A stretch of DNA of 63,915 nucleotides, counting the filler, from Octopus bimaculoides (taxonomy: Eukaryota), in the NCBI RefSeq assembly GCF_001194135.2. It is 6 parts of 6 records of this genome, joined end to end, with 100 filler letters (N's around TTAATTAATTAA, not from the genome) between each part and the next. Parts side by side here need not be neighbours in the genome. Positions count along the whole stretch, not along the records: positions 62,596 to 63,915 come from NC_069005.1; 5 more parts are not named here. The stretch is one strand, 5' to 3'. Below are positions 63,496 to 63,915 of the stretch, in pieces; positions within the stretch are counted from its first letter, which is position 1, and each line of letters opens with the position of its first letter. The notes beneath the pieces are model-generated. The model was not told the origin of the DNA and did not search any database. It worked only from the letters and a program-made list of their open reading frames with translations. Both the position numbers and the translations under genes were made by a program.

Positions 63496-63915
63496 AATGG
63501 GAGTAATTAAGAAAAATAAGGCAAAAAGGAAAAGGACAACATACAATACAGTAAAGCATTATTTGTGCTAGTACCCACACACAGATACTTTCATACCCAC
63601 ACTAGCTGTTCTGTTTACACACACATCTTCCCACATGCAGAGTTAAATAGATGTTATTAAACTCTTTGATATGTCCGGTCAATCTCGTAATATGCTCTGA
63701 CTCGAGGTTCCGGCTGACTCGGTGAAGGGCTTTTGTTGGCCGTAAATATTTTAGAGGTTATGGTACTCACAACATACGCTTATATAAGAATGTTGTTGAC
63801 AGTGATTTGGAAGTTTCGGCCAACTAAGCCATCATCCGACAGTTCGACGATCGCATGGCTAATACAAAGTTTAAAGTCATTGTCACTAACAGTCTTGTTT
63901 AAAAATAATATATAT

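Overview
This is AT-rich eukaryotic DNA, dense in microsatellites and SINEs, with many N gaps. The repeat families and overall texture suggest an octopus (coleoid cephalopod) draft scaffold; that species call is an inference. The only well-supported host coding sequence is one plus-strand exon (10274-10669) encoding the N-terminal ankyrin region of a TRPC-type channel. No further TRPC exon is recognisable in the remaining ~53 kb, so most of the window is probably intron. The rest is mobile DNA: three tRNA-derived SINE families, R4/Dong-type RLE LINEs, Penelope-like elements (PLEs), a Tx1/L1-like LINE inserted in a SINE head, two Tc1 transposase remnants and several MITEs. The most notable signal is four minimal type I hammerhead ribozymes (HHRs) of three designs. 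Two sit in a ~540-bp palindrome where back-to-back tRNA-like Pol III heads each point outward, through an (AAT)n spacer, into a ribozyme. A CpG-decayed block (40.6-49.1 kb) lies between two artificial scaffold spacers. Most long ORFs in the supplied track are artefacts of N runs and microsatellites. Repeat boundaries were estimated by eye.
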